DNA of 64,000 bases from assembly GCA_041598875.1 (NCBI GenBank), contig JBFHXP010000002.1:13716-77715 (forward strand), in the 5' to 3' direction. The notes below the pieces were generated by a model that was not told where the DNA came from, made no database searches, and was given only the letters and a program-made list of their open reading frames with translations. The DNA comes from Desulfobulbales bacterium. Its GTDB lineage: Bacteria > Desulfobacterota > Desulfobulbia > Desulfobulbales > BM004. Each line of letters opens with the position of its first letter. Positions within the stretch are counted from its first letter, which is position 1. A program made the translations under genes and the position numbers. Shown here in pieces: positions 20,108 through 29,011 of the stretch.

Positions 20108-20566
20108 ATTCCCGGCATCCGGTTTCACTATTCTCCCGCCGGTAACAGCCTTTTTTTCCTAATCGCGGAAAAAAGCCATGTCCTGTGCCCGTGCGAAGGG
20201 GTAGACGAACGCCTGGTGTCGCCACAGCGAGTACCTATAATGTCAAAAATTCCTCCTCCACCAATTTAATGGACCTCTGCCCATCCCGGAAAAAATTTCC
20301 CGGGATGATGCCTGATAATATCACCGACCGTGGTTCCACGGTTTTCTTTGCTACACCCCCACCACCCCCTGCCGAACCGCAAAAAAACGAACACAACAAT
20401 GGAGCTAATACATCAAATTGTAACGACAATTCAGTACTACTGACAGATTCCAGCTACCATTTTCCTATCATTCTTCTAGCATTGATTTTTCCTTCCTCCC
20501 ATAGAACACTATCCGGTAAAAGGCCTTGAAGCCGCACACCTGAAAATTCCACAAAAGGAGGAAACC

Positions 20567-20890
20567 ATGAAAACAGCCCAAACAATTATCACGCTCTGCG
20601 CCGGAATTTCTCTTCTGTTCACCGGTGTTGCCATGGCGAAAAAATCATCAGCGGAATTGGGCGAGACATTGTTCAATGACCATACCCTTGCCGGTTCCAC
20701 CAACGACTCATCGTGCAACTCATGTCACGAAAAAGGGAAAGGACTGGAAAAGGCGGCGGAAAATCCCGAACTGGTCAAGGCGATCAATCGGTGTATTACC
20801 GACCCGCTGGGTGGAGAAAAAATTGACGGCCGCTCCGCCCAGATGCGTTCACTTAAGATGTATGTCCTCTCGCTGCACCCTGAATCATAG
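20567..20890 (+). CDS. Small secreted monoheme c-type cytochrome
   Basis: 107 aa. Signal peptide (…FTGVAMA) and a single CNSCH heme-binding motif. AAGGAGG RBS. Confidence 0.7.
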   Translation: MKTAQTIITLCAGISLLFTGVAMAKKSSAELGETLFNDHTLAGSTNDSSCNSCHEKGKGLEKAAENPELVKAINRCITDPLGGEKIDGRSAQMRSLKMYVLSLHPES

Positions 20891-20896
20891 CCGTAC

Positions 20897-20932
20897 GACT
20901 GGAAGCAGGGCGGCTCTTCTCTGCTTCCAGTC
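20897..20932 (+). terminator. 12-bp stem-loop after the cytochrome gene
   Basis: gactggaagcag (20897-20908) pairs with ctgcttccagtc (20921-20932). The T-run lies about 15 nt downstream. Confidence 0.5.
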
Positions 20933-21350
20933 ATCGTACAGCATCAAAATTTTTTTTCATTCTGCGCCCCGTGCATGCACCCCGGCTGCACCGGAACCAA
21001 GACCTTCCGGAAAATCATACTCGTAACGGATAATTGCAGATTTATGGGATGCAATTATGCCTCGAATATGGTACATCCCTCTCCTCATGATTATTTCTTA
21101 GTGGTTGATAACTCATTCCTTCCGTGGTACAACAAGGCAATTTTTTCGGCTCATTGTCGAAACTATCTGTAATAAGGATCCGAATATGGCCTTGTTCTTG
21201 GTGAAGTTTTGCGGGTGGACGAACGGTTGAGCAAGGAAGGGCCACCACCAAGAAAATTTACAATGTCCATACCCCAGTCCTGATCCTGATCTTAAAGCAC
21301 AACACGGCCCAACAACTTATTTTTACTGAATTTATGAAGGAGTCGCAGTC

Positions 21351-22487
21351 ATGAAAATTGCTGCAATGAAGGAAACCCACCCGGGAGAGAATCGAGTTGC
21401 ACTCATTCCGGCATCAGTTGAGAAACTGGTCTCCATGGGCGCTGAGGTTGAAATCGAAGCCGGCCTGGGCGAGACCTGCAGGTACAGCGATGCGGACTAT
21501 GAAAAGGCCGGCGCCACTGTTAATGGCGACCGTGCAGTTCTGCTCGCTTCCGCTGACATTGTTCTGAGGCTGCGCAAACCACCCGCTGATGAGATCAAAC
21601 TCATGAAGAAAGGGTGCCTCCATGTCAGCTATCTGGACCCGTTTAATGAAAAAGAACTGGTGGCCATGCTTCGGGAGTCCGGTATTTCAGCCGTAAGCCT
21701 TGAAATGCTCCCCCGGACAACCATTGCCCAGAAAATGGATGTTCTCAGTTCCCAGGCCAACCTGGGCGGCTATGTGGCCGTGCTGCTTGCCGCTGAGAAA
21801 CTGGACAAGATCCTGCCGATGATGACCACGCCTGCGGGCACCATAAAACCGTCCCGGGTATTCATCATCGGTGTCGGAGTTGCCGGGCTCCAGGCCATTG
21901 CCACTGCCCGCCGCCTTGGAGCGCGGGTCGAGGCCTTTGATACCCGGCCGGTGGTTGAAGAACAGGTCAAATCACTGGGTGCGAAATTCGTCAAAATCGA
22001 CCTTGGTGAAACCGGTCAGACCAAGGATGGCTATGCCAACGCCCTCACCCCGGAGCAGATCAAAAAACAGAAAGAGGGCATGGCCAAGGCCTGCGTCCAG
22101 GCGGATATCGTCATAACAACGGCCCAGCTCTTTGGTCGTCCGGCTCCGCGGATTGTTGATCGTGCCATGATCGCGCGGATGCAACCCGGCAGCGTCATTG
22201 TTGACATGGCAGTGGAAACCGGAGGCAATGTAGAGGGTTCCGAGGTTGATAAAATCACCGAGGTCGAAGGGGTTTACATCATCGGCCTGGGCAATTTGCC
22301 CGGTCGGGTTGCCGCGACTGCAAGCCAGATGTACTCTTCAAACCTTGCAAATTTTATCGGCCACTTCTGGGACAAGGAGGGTAAAACCTTTAATCTCAAT
22401 CTTGCAGATGACATTATGAAAGGATCGCTGATCACCCATAACGGTGAGATATTCAGTGAAACCTACAAAAGCATCATGAAAATATGA
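21351..22487 (+). CDS. pntAA: NAD(P) transhydrogenase subunit alpha, part 1
   Basis: 378 aa. Has an alanine-dehydrogenase-like fold motif (VFIIGVGVAGLQAIATARRLGA). Confidence 0.9.
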   Translation: MKIAAMKETHPGENRVALIPASVEKLVSMGAEVEIEAGLGETCRYSDADYEKAGATVNGDRAVLLASADIVLRLRKPPADEIKLMKKGCLHVSYLDPFNEKELVAMLRESGISAVSLEMLPRTTIAQKMDVLSSQANLGGYVAVLLAAEKLDKILPMMTTPAGTIKPSRVFIIGVGVAGLQAIATARRLGARVEAFDTRPVVEEQVKSLGAKFVKIDLGETGQTKDGYANALTPEQIKKQKEGMAKACVQADIVITTAQLFGRPAPRIVDRAMIARMQPGSVIVDMAVETGGNVEGSEVDKITEVEGVYIIGLGNLPGRVAATASQMYSSNLANFIGHFWDKEGKTFNLNLADDIMKGSLITHNGEIFSETYKSIMKI

Positions 22488-22497
22488 GGGTACATCC

Positions 22498-22791
22498 ATG
22501 GAAGCCGTTTTTCTGACTTTTGTGTTCGCACTGGCAATTTTTCTCGGGTTTGAGCTCATCTCAAAGGTGCCCTCGACCCTGCACACGCCGCTCATGTCTG
22601 GCTCCAACGCCATTTCCGGCATAACACTCATCGGCGCCATTGCAACGATGATGGCCGATTACGGGACACTCTCCTCCATATTCGGCACGCTTGCCGTGGC
22701 CTTTGCCACCATAAACGTGGTGGGCGGCTACGCGGTGACAGACAGAATGCTTGAGATGTTCAAGAAAAAGGATGCAGGGAGCGCCAAGTAA
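22498..22791 (+). CDS. pntAB: NAD(P) transhydrogenase subunit alpha, part 2 (membrane)
   Basis: 97 aa. Contains HTPLMSGSNAISGI and sits between pntAA and pntB. Confidence 0.88.
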   Translation: MEAVFLTFVFALAIFLGFELISKVPSTLHTPLMSGSNAISGITLIGAIATMMADYGTLSSIFGTLAVAFATINVVGGYAVTDRMLEMFKKKDAGSAK

Positions 22792-24176
22792 TGAATGCCA
22801 CAACAATAGTAATAAATTTTGTTTACGTCATTTCAGCGTCCTTTTTCATCTTTGGCCTGAAGATGCTGAGTTCTCCGGCAACTGCCCGGCGCGGCAACCT
22901 CATCAGCGGGCTCGGCATGCTGCTGGCAATTGTCGCGACCTTGTTCACCAATGGCCTTGATTACAAATGGATCGCCGTGGGCATCGCCGTGGGCACAGTA
23001 ATCGGAATGGTGGCCGCCTATCGGGTCCAGATGACCTCCATGCCGGAAATGGTTGCCGTTTTTAACGGTTTCGGCGGTATCGCCAGCCTGCTGCTGGCCT
23101 GGAGCGAATACCACCAGCATCTCGAGCTTTCCACCTTCATCGCGGTGGTCACCTGCCTTACCGCCTTTGTCGGTGGAGTCACATTCTCCGGCTCCATGAT
23201 CGCCTTCGGCAAACTCAGTGAAACCATTTCCGGCAAGGCAATAGTTTTTGCCGGCCAGCATATTATCAATGGAGCGATTCTCCTTGCCGCTGTTGTTTCA
23301 GGGGTACTCTTCACCATCAATCCCATGGACGGCTACACCTTCTTTCTGGTGGTGATCGTTGTTTCCCTGCTCTTTGGCATCACATCGGTCATCCCCATTG
23401 GTGGGGCTGACATGCCGGTGGTAATATCCCTGTTAAACAGCTACTCCGGCCTTGCTGCCTGCGCCGCCGGCTTTGTTATCCACAACAATATTCTCATTGT
23501 CGCCGGAGCCCTGGTCGGCGCCAGCGGCATTATCCTCACCAAAATCATGTGCAAGGCCATGAACCGCTCACTGGCCAATGTCCTGTTTTCCGGGTTCGGC
23601 TCCTCCACCAGTGCTGCGAGCGCAGGCGCCGCGGATCAGGGCGAAATCCGCCCCGCAACCGCCGAGGATGTGTACTACATCCTTGAGGCAGCAGACTCCG
23701 TTGCCTTTGTCCCTGGATACGGCCTTGCCGTGGCCCAGGCCCAGCATGTCGTCCGCGAACTTGGCGAGCTGCTCGAGGCCAATGGCACCGAAGTCCGTTA
23801 TGCTATTCATCCGGTGGCTGGACGCATGCCCGGCCACATGAACGTGCTTCTGGCCGAGGCCAATGTCTCCTACGATCAGCTGGTGGAAATGGATGAAATA
23901 AATCCGACCATGGATACCGTGGACGTGGCCGTAATCATCGGTGCAAACGACGTGGTCAACCCGGCTGCGCTGGACGACCAGTCAAGCCCGATCTACGGCA
24001 TGCCGATCATCGAGACCCATCGAGCCAAGACGGTTATCGTGCTCAAGCGTTCCATGGCTGCCGGGTTCGCCGGAATCCAGAACGCGCTTTTCTTCTATCC
24101 CAACACCAGAATGTACTTCGGTGATGCCAAGGCCTCCATTCAGGCCCTGGTAGCAGAATTCAAAAGCGCAGAATAA
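22791..24176 (+). CDS. pntB: NAD(P) transhydrogenase subunit beta
   Basis: 461 aa. Contains GGADMPVVISLLNSYSG, HPVAGRMPGHMNVLLAEA and IGANDVVNPAA. Confidence 0.92.
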   Translation: MNATTIVINFVYVISASFFIFGLKMLSSPATARRGNLISGLGMLLAIVATLFTNGLDYKWIAVGIAVGTVIGMVAAYRVQMTSMPEMVAVFNGFGGIASLLLAWSEYHQHLELSTFIAVVTCLTAFVGGVTFSGSMIAFGKLSETISGKAIVFAGQHIINGAILLAAVVSGVLFTINPMDGYTFFLVVIVVSLLFGITSVIPIGGADMPVVISLLNSYSGLAACAAGFVIHNNILIVAGALVGASGIILTKIMCKAMNRSLANVLFSGFGSSTSAASAGAADQGEIRPATAEDVYYILEAADSVAFVPGYGLAVAQAQHVVRELGELLEANGTEVRYAIHPVAGRMPGHMNVLLAEANVSYDQLVEMDEINPTMDTVDVAVIIGANDVVNPAALDDQSSPIYGMPIIETHRAKTVIVLKRSMAAGFAGIQNALFFYPNTRMYFGDAKASIQALVAEFKSAE

Positions 24177-24194
24177 CCCCCCCTTTATATCCCC

Positions 24195-24228
24195 AAAAAC
24201 CGCCGGCAACTCCCGGCGGTTTTTTTTT
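24195..24228 (+). terminator. Rho-independent terminator after pntB
   Basis: aaaaaccgccgg / ccggcggttttt stem with a 6-nt loop and a T9 tract. Confidence 0.8.
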
Positions 24229-24409
24229 GCCTCTTCCCGTCGGGCGGTTCTCTGGATCTTGAGACCATCTTTCCTCAGCTTTTCCAGTATGATATCCCGC
24301 CTTTCCGGCCAATACAATTCTCATCAAAACAACCGGACCCCCATCTTTTCCCGATATCGGAAAAAAAATTCCTTGACTGACCAGGGAAAGTGCCGTACAT
24401 TCCCCTTTA

Positions 24410-24431
24410 ATTGAAAATGAATTTCAATTTC
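24410..24431 (+). promoter_or_regulatory. Fur box 1 (upstream of the diheme cytochrome c gene)
   Basis: ATTGAAAATGAATTTCAATTTC is a palindromic AT-rich operator. It lies just downstream of a candidate TTGACT-17-TACATT promoter (24373-24401). The same 22-mer occurs at 25868. Confidence 0.7.
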
Positions 24432-24481
24432 ACAAAAAGAGACCACAAAAACAGATGCAACCCATACTAAAAGGAACGACC

Positions 24482-25243
24482 ATGAACAAACTGCACCTGC
24501 CCTCTAAAATCCACTCGTTCGTTGCTGCCGCGATCATAACTGCGGCATCGGCATCCATACTCTACCAAACAGGAAGCGCACACGCGGAAACAGATACCGT
24601 GACCGGCATCAAACGCGGCGCTCAACTCTATGACAACTGGACCAAATTCGTCAAAAACGCACCTGAAACAAACCACCCCCTCTACCCGGAAACCTCATCC
24701 AAGAAGGGAATTGCCACCCAACGCTGCAAGGAATGCCATGGATGGGATTATCAGGGCAGAGAAGGGCGCTACAAGTCAGGTTCCCATTACACCGGAATCA
24801 AGGGAATTCTTGACCAGAAAGACCGAAAGGAAAACGACATCGCCGCGACCCTCAACGGGGGGCTGAAGGGTCATGATTTCAGCCCCTACCTCACAGCTGC
24901 TGATCAGGATGCGCTGGTCAGCTTCATCCGGTTCGGGATCTCCCCCTTTGTGGCGCTTTCTGAAAAAGAGTCCAGCGATACAGAGATGCGCGACCTCGGG
25001 AAAAAGGAGTATGCAACCCACTGTGCCTCCTGCCATGGAGATGATGGCCTGGCCATCGACTTTAAACCCAAAGCGGAAGGGGTGCAGGGCATCGGGTATC
25101 TGGCCAGGGAAAACCCTCAGGAATCAATCCACAAAATCCGCTGGGGGCATCCTGGTTCCTCCATGCCGTCAATGGTTGTCGATGCCGGACTCGACGAAGT
25201 GCGGATTCGCTCCCTGCTGATCTACAGCACGACTCTTGAATAG
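24482..25243 (+). CDS. Secreted diheme c-type cytochrome
   Basis: ORF 24455-25243. ATG 24482 is the likely start, preceded by AAGGA. Signal peptide ends ...GSAHA/E. Two heme motifs, CKECH and CASCH. Confidence 0.75.
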   Translation: MNKLHLPSKIHSFVAAAIITAASASILYQTGSAHAETDTVTGIKRGAQLYDNWTKFVKNAPETNHPLYPETSSKKGIATQRCKECHGWDYQGREGRYKSGSHYTGIKGILDQKDRKENDIAATLNGGLKGHDFSPYLTAADQDALVSFIRFGISPFVALSEKESSDTEMRDLGKKEYATHCASCHGDDGLAIDFKPKAEGVQGIGYLARENPQESIHKIRWGHPGSSMPSMVVDAGLDEVRIRSLLIYSTTLE

Positions 25244-25308
25244 TTTTCCACGTGAACAAAGAAACTCGGCCGGTAATCGACTTTTTACACTACCAACAAC
25301 CTTTGGTG

Positions 25309-25325
25309 TTGAAAATGATTTTCAA
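25309..25325 (+). promoter_or_regulatory. Fur box 2 (in front of / overlapping the 5' end of fur)
   Basis: TTGAAAATGATTTTCAA is a perfect 17-bp palindrome. Confidence 0.65.
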
Positions 25326-25332
25326 ACTCAGT

Positions 25333-25836
25333 ATGCTGTCATCTCATGCACGGGAATGCAGTACGGCTGCAAATCGATCCGCCGGGAACACGATATTGAG
25401 TCAGCTCCTCACACAGTTTGAAAACTACCTTGCCGGTCGGGGGCTCCGCCTCACCGGACAGCGCCAGCTCATTGCCGCAACTTTTTTCACGATTACCGAC
25501 CACGTCAGTACAGAGGAGCTTTACCGCTCGGTACAGGCAAAGATGCCCTCCATAGGCTACGTTACGGTCTATCGGACATTAAAACTCCTTGCCGAGGCCG
25601 GTCTTGCCTCGGAGAAAAATTTCAAGGACGGGTTTGCCCGTTTTGAAAAAGCAGGCCGGAAAAATGACCACCACGACCACCTGATATGTACTGCCTGCAA
25701 CCGGATTATTGAATTCAGAAACCCTCGAATCGAGTCCTTGCAGGACGAGGTTGCCCAGGAGCACGGTTTTCTGGTTGCTGACCACAACCTTGAGATCTAT
25801 GGGCTCTGTTCTCACTGCCGGAAAAGCATCAACTAA
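25333..25836 (+). CDS. fur: Fur-family metalloregulator (start ambiguous: 25315, 25333 or TTG 25396)
   Basis: Contains GLRLTGQRQLI...VSTEELY...GYVTVYRTLKLLAEAGL, HHDHLICTACNRIIEF and a C-terminal CSHC. The start at 25252 is unlikely because Fur box 2 would then lie inside the CDS. Confidence 0.85.
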   Translation: MLSSHARECSTAANRSAGNTILSQLLTQFENYLAGRGLRLTGQRQLIAATFFTITDHVSTEELYRSVQAKMPSIGYVTVYRTLKLLAEAGLASEKNFKDGFARFEKAGRKNDHHDHLICTACNRIIEFRNPRIESLQDEVAQEHGFLVADHNLEIYGLCSHCRKSIN

Positions 25837-25867
25837 CTGACACAGGAACAATTTTTTTTACCAACTT

Positions 25868-25889
25868 ATTGAAAATGAATTTCAATTTC
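25868..25889 (+). promoter_or_regulatory. Fur box 3 (upstream of feoAB)
   Basis: ATTGAAAATGAATTTCAATTTC is identical to box 1 and lies 22 nt upstream of the feoA ATG. Confidence 0.75.
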
Positions 25890-25910
25890 TTTTAGCAGAC
25901 GAGGTGCCCC

Positions 25911-26138
25911 ATGTGTCTTTCTGAGATTAAAAAAGGACAGAGCGTTCATATTCTCCGGATTGCTGATCAGGAAATCCGTACCCAGTTTGTCCGTTTCGGA
26001 ATCAGCGAAGGAAGCAGGATTACCTGTCTGGAAAAAATTCCCTTCGGCCCCTTTATGCTCCGTCACAACCGCCAGGAGATCGCCATCGGCCGCGAGGTTG
26101 CCGATAAAATTCAGGTTGAGCAGAGGATGGACACATGA
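25911..26138 (+). CDS. feoA: Ferrous iron transport protein A
   Basis: 75 aa. SH3-like FeoA pattern (LSEIKKGQSVHILRI...RFGISEGSRI). Overlaps the feoB start. Confidence 0.85.
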   Translation: MCLSEIKKGQSVHILRIADQEIRTQFVRFGISEGSRITCLEKIPFGPFMLRHNRQEIAIGREVADKIQVEQRMDT

Positions 26139-27997
26139 ATGGAAATAACTGCCCTCATCATCACCCGCCGCACAGTGATGAACCGATTGCAACCGATGCC
26201 ATGAAGATAGTGCTCGTCGGCAACCCCAATGTCGGCAAGTCGGTTTTCTTCGGCTTTCTTACCGGGATCTATACCGATGTATCCAACTATCCCGGCACCA
26301 CGATTGAAATCTCCAGTGGTTCATGGCAGGGCCACCAGATCATCGATACCCCGGGAATCTATGGCGTCTCCTCTTTTAACGATGAGGAAATAGTGGCCAG
26401 GGATATCATTCTCGGCGCTGATATCATACTGAATGTTGTTGATGCGACCCATCTCGAGAGAGATCTTTTTCTCTCCCGCCAACTCATCGATATGGGTAAG
26501 CCGGTGGTAATTGCCCTGAATTTCTGCGATGAACTCTCCGGGGCAAAGATGGCGGTTGAGACAGATCTTCTTGCCGACCTTCTCGGGGTTCCGGTGATCC
26601 CGACAACTGCTGTTAATGGAGAGGGAATGGACCAGATCGCCGACTCCCTTCTTCTTGCCCGGGCAGGCCTTCAGGATCCGGAACTGCATGGCCGCCTGCA
26701 CGAAATGCTCAAGGTGGTTGGCTCCCAGGCAGAGGCATTGCTCGTCCTGGAAGGGGACCCTCATGTTGCGTCCCGGCACGGCATCGTTCCGGGAGAGGAA
26801 AGGGAGGAGATCTATATCAATCGCCGCAACCGGGTCAATGACATCGTACGGCACGTGCTCACGGTTTCAAGCACCACGGAAAGCCTGCGTGACCGTCTTG
26901 GACGGGCCGTAATCAATCCGGTTACCGGGGTGCCGATTCTCGGCCTGGTTCTCTATGTAATTTATACGGCTATCGGGGTCTGGGTGGCGGGAGACATCGT
27001 CGGGATCACCGAAGAGGTCATCATGCAGGGCCACTATGAACCGTGGATCAGGGGGCTGGCAACACGATTCATCTCCCCGGACTCCATCCCCGGCCTTCTT
27101 CTCATCGGCGAATTCGGCCTGCTGACCATGACCATCACCTATCTTCTCGGGCTTCTCCTTCCCCTGGTGATCGGTTTCTATACCGTGCTTTCAATCATGG
27201 AGGACACGGGATACCTGCCCCGACTTGCCACCCTGGTGGACCGGATGATGACCACTGTGGGCCTGAACGGCAGGGCGGTGATCCCCATCATCCTCGGCTT
27301 CGGCTGCGTCCAGCTGGGCACCATAACCACAAGGCTGCTGGCAACCTCCCGGGAGAAAACCATTGCCACCGTGCTTCTCAACTTTGCGGTGCCCTGTTCC
27401 GCCCAGATCGGGGTAATTGCGGGAATGCTTGCCGCGGTGGGCGGCTCGCTCACCCTTCTTTACGTGGCGGTTATCTTCACTGTTCTTGCCATGGTGGGCA
27501 CCGTTCTCAACCGAACCCTGCCAGGAAAATCTTCAGCCCTGCTCATTGATCTGCCGCCCATGCGCCTGCCCCGGCTGGAAAATGTGGTCCGCAAGACCGC
27601 AACCCGCTCATTTTTCTTTATGAAGGAGGCATACCCCTGGTTCTTTCTCGGATCATTTATCGTTGCCGTGCTGCAGATTTCAGGTGGTCTTGTTCTCTGG
27701 CAGCAACTGCTTGCGCCGGTGACCGAGGGGTGGCTTCAGATCCCGAGGGAAGCGGCCACCGCCTTTGTCATGGGCCTGGTCCGTCGCGATTTCGGCGCCG
27801 CCGGGTTGACCGAACTTGCCATGTCGCCGATGCAGGTGGTGACATCACTCATAGTCATCACCCTTTTCGTGCCCTGTATCGCCTCGCTGATGATCCTGTT
27901 CAAGGAGCGGGGCAGCAGGGAGGCAATGCTGGTCTGGGTCGGTTCCTGGGCAGTGGCTTTTCTTGTCGGCGGAATTTTCTCCCAGGTTCTCATTTAG
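26135..27997 (+). CDS. feoB: Ferrous iron transporter B
   Basis: 620 aa. G-domain motifs GNPNVGKS, DTPG and NFCD, followed by a polytopic membrane domain. Confidence 0.93.
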   Translation: MNGNNCPHHHPPHSDEPIATDAMKIVLVGNPNVGKSVFFGFLTGIYTDVSNYPGTTIEISSGSWQGHQIIDTPGIYGVSSFNDEEIVARDIILGADIILNVVDATHLERDLFLSRQLIDMGKPVVIALNFCDELSGAKMAVETDLLADLLGVPVIPTTAVNGEGMDQIADSLLLARAGLQDPELHGRLHEMLKVVGSQAEALLVLEGDPHVASRHGIVPGEEREEIYINRRNRVNDIVRHVLTVSSTTESLRDRLGRAVINPVTGVPILGLVLYVIYTAIGVWVAGDIVGITEEVIMQGHYEPWIRGLATRFISPDSIPGLLLIGEFGLLTMTITYLLGLLLPLVIGFYTVLSIMEDTGYLPRLATLVDRMMTTVGLNGRAVIPIILGFGCVQLGTITTRLLATSREKTIATVLLNFAVPCSAQIGVIAGMLAAVGGSLTLLYVAVIFTVLAMVGTVLNRTLPGKSSALLIDLPPMRLPRLENVVRKTATRSFFFMKEAYPWFFLGSFIVAVLQISGGLVLWQQLLAPVTEGWLQIPREAATAFVMGLVRRDFGAAGLTELAMSPMQVVTSLIVITLFVPCIASLMILFKERGSREAMLVWVGSWAVAFLVGGIFSQVLI

Positions 27998-28009
27998 GCA
28001 GGTGACAAA

Positions 28010-28189
28010 ATGTTCGCAAAAATATTTACAGGGCAAAGACCTGATCCCAAAAACACAGAAAAAAAAACCCGCTGCCCCAACTGCCACTGCATCCTTGATC
28101 GGCCCCATGTCCTTCACTGCACCCGTTGCATGGCGGAGATCCCCCGGGCCAGAGGGTGCAGCGGCTGCGGCAAGTGCCGGAACTCCTGA
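28010..28189 (+). CDS. Candidate 59-aa Cys-rich small protein downstream of feoB (below the ORF-track size cutoff)
   Basis: Manual translation: MFAKIFTGQRPDPKNTEKKTRCPNCHCILDRPHVLHCTRCMAEIPRARGCSGCGKCRNS. It has 8 Cys in CxxC-type pairs. Starts 13 nt after the feoB stop and is followed by a T-run. Confidence 0.45.
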   Translation: MFAKIFTGQRPDPKNTEKKTRCPNCHCILDRPHVLHCTRCMAEIPRARGCSGCGKCRNS

Positions 28190-28206
28190 TTTTTTTTCTT
28201 CTGTTC

Positions 28207-28243
28207 CCAAAAAAGGGCAGGAGGCGCCCCAGTCTCCTGCCCA
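28207..28243 (-). terminator. Rho-independent terminator for the minus-strand sulfur-carrier operon
   Basis: On the minus strand gggcaggag-N10-ctcctgccc is followed by TTTTTTGGG. Located 110 nt after the tusA-like stop. Confidence 0.65.
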
Positions 28244-28352
28244 CCTTCGTTGTCTGAAAACAGGGGGACGTACACAAGACAGACGACGGCTTTGGGGTAT
28301 CATGACCGGAGGGGGGATCCGGGCCACAATCTCTCGTACATTATGAATTTCC

Positions 28353-28598
28353 TTAAGCCTTGCGGATAAATACCGACCATGCTCCATCTGCAAGCTGCTC
28401 CCTGGCAAGTACCTCGTGACCCTCACGGGCAGCCGAAGGGGGAACATTATTAATGGGCGGCCCGTTATCCAGTATCAGATGCAGAATCTGGCCGGAATCC
28501 ATTTTTGAAAAAGCCACCTTTGTCTTGACCAGGTTCATCGGGCATCCCACCCCGTGCAGATCAAGCGACACATCGGCCTTTATTTCAGCGACCATCAC
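28353..28598 (-). CDS. TusA/SirA-family sulfur-carrier protein
   Basis: 81 aa. Contains LDLHGVGCPMNLVKTK (active-site Cys motif). Confidence 0.8.
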   Translation of the reverse strand: MMVAEIKADVSLDLHGVGCPMNLVKTKVAFSKMDSGQILHLILDNGPPINNVPPSAAREGHEVLAREQLADGAWSVFIRKA

Positions 28599-28606
28599 GC
28601 TTCTCC

Positions 28607-29011
28607 TTATTTTTCTCTAACAATTTCAATCTCCTCTTTCTTGGCAGCTCTTTTCCGGATCACAAAGGACTGGACATCCACTTCATGAGCGGCAAAGGAG
28701 ACAATCACATAACTCAGACTGGGGTCAACCGCCAGACGCAGGTCTTCCTCAGAAGGCCTTGCCGGGGTATGGGGATGGCTGTGATACACGGCCCGGATGG
28801 TATACCCATCGCTTCTGCATTTCCTGTGCGCTGCAAACTGCTCTTCCGGGTCCATGGTGAAATGCTCGGCCGAATGGTCAGTATTGGTCAATGGCAGACA
28901 CAGATCCACGACTCCACCCTTCTCCGCGAGATACCCGCAGCCTTCCGCCGGCAGTTCGTCACGGCAATGGTCAATCATCTGGTCCAGCACCTTCTGCGTA
29001 ATGGCAATCAC
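28607..29011 (-). CDS. JAMM/MPN+ metalloprotease (Mec/HcyD-like)
   Basis: 134 aa. Contains EGCGYL and the JAMM motif HSHPHTPARPSEED. ATGA overlap with the E1 gene. Confidence 0.85.
   Translation of the reverse strand: MIAITQKVLDQMIDHCRDELPAEGCGYLAEKGGVVDLCLPLTNTDHSAEHFTMDPEEQFAAHRKCRSDGYTIRAVYHSHPHTPARPSEEDLRLAVDPSLSYVIVSFAAHEVDVQSFVIRKRAAKKEEIEIVREK

Noticed and set aside
27845-28447. 200-aa minus-strand ORF and 127-aa plus-strand ORF (27963-28346) spanning the feoB / tusA-like intergenic region.
   Set aside because: They overlap each other, feoB and the tusA-like gene, and have Pro/Arg/Gly-rich composition and no motifs. The region is better explained by the 59-aa Cys-rich ORF plus a terminator.
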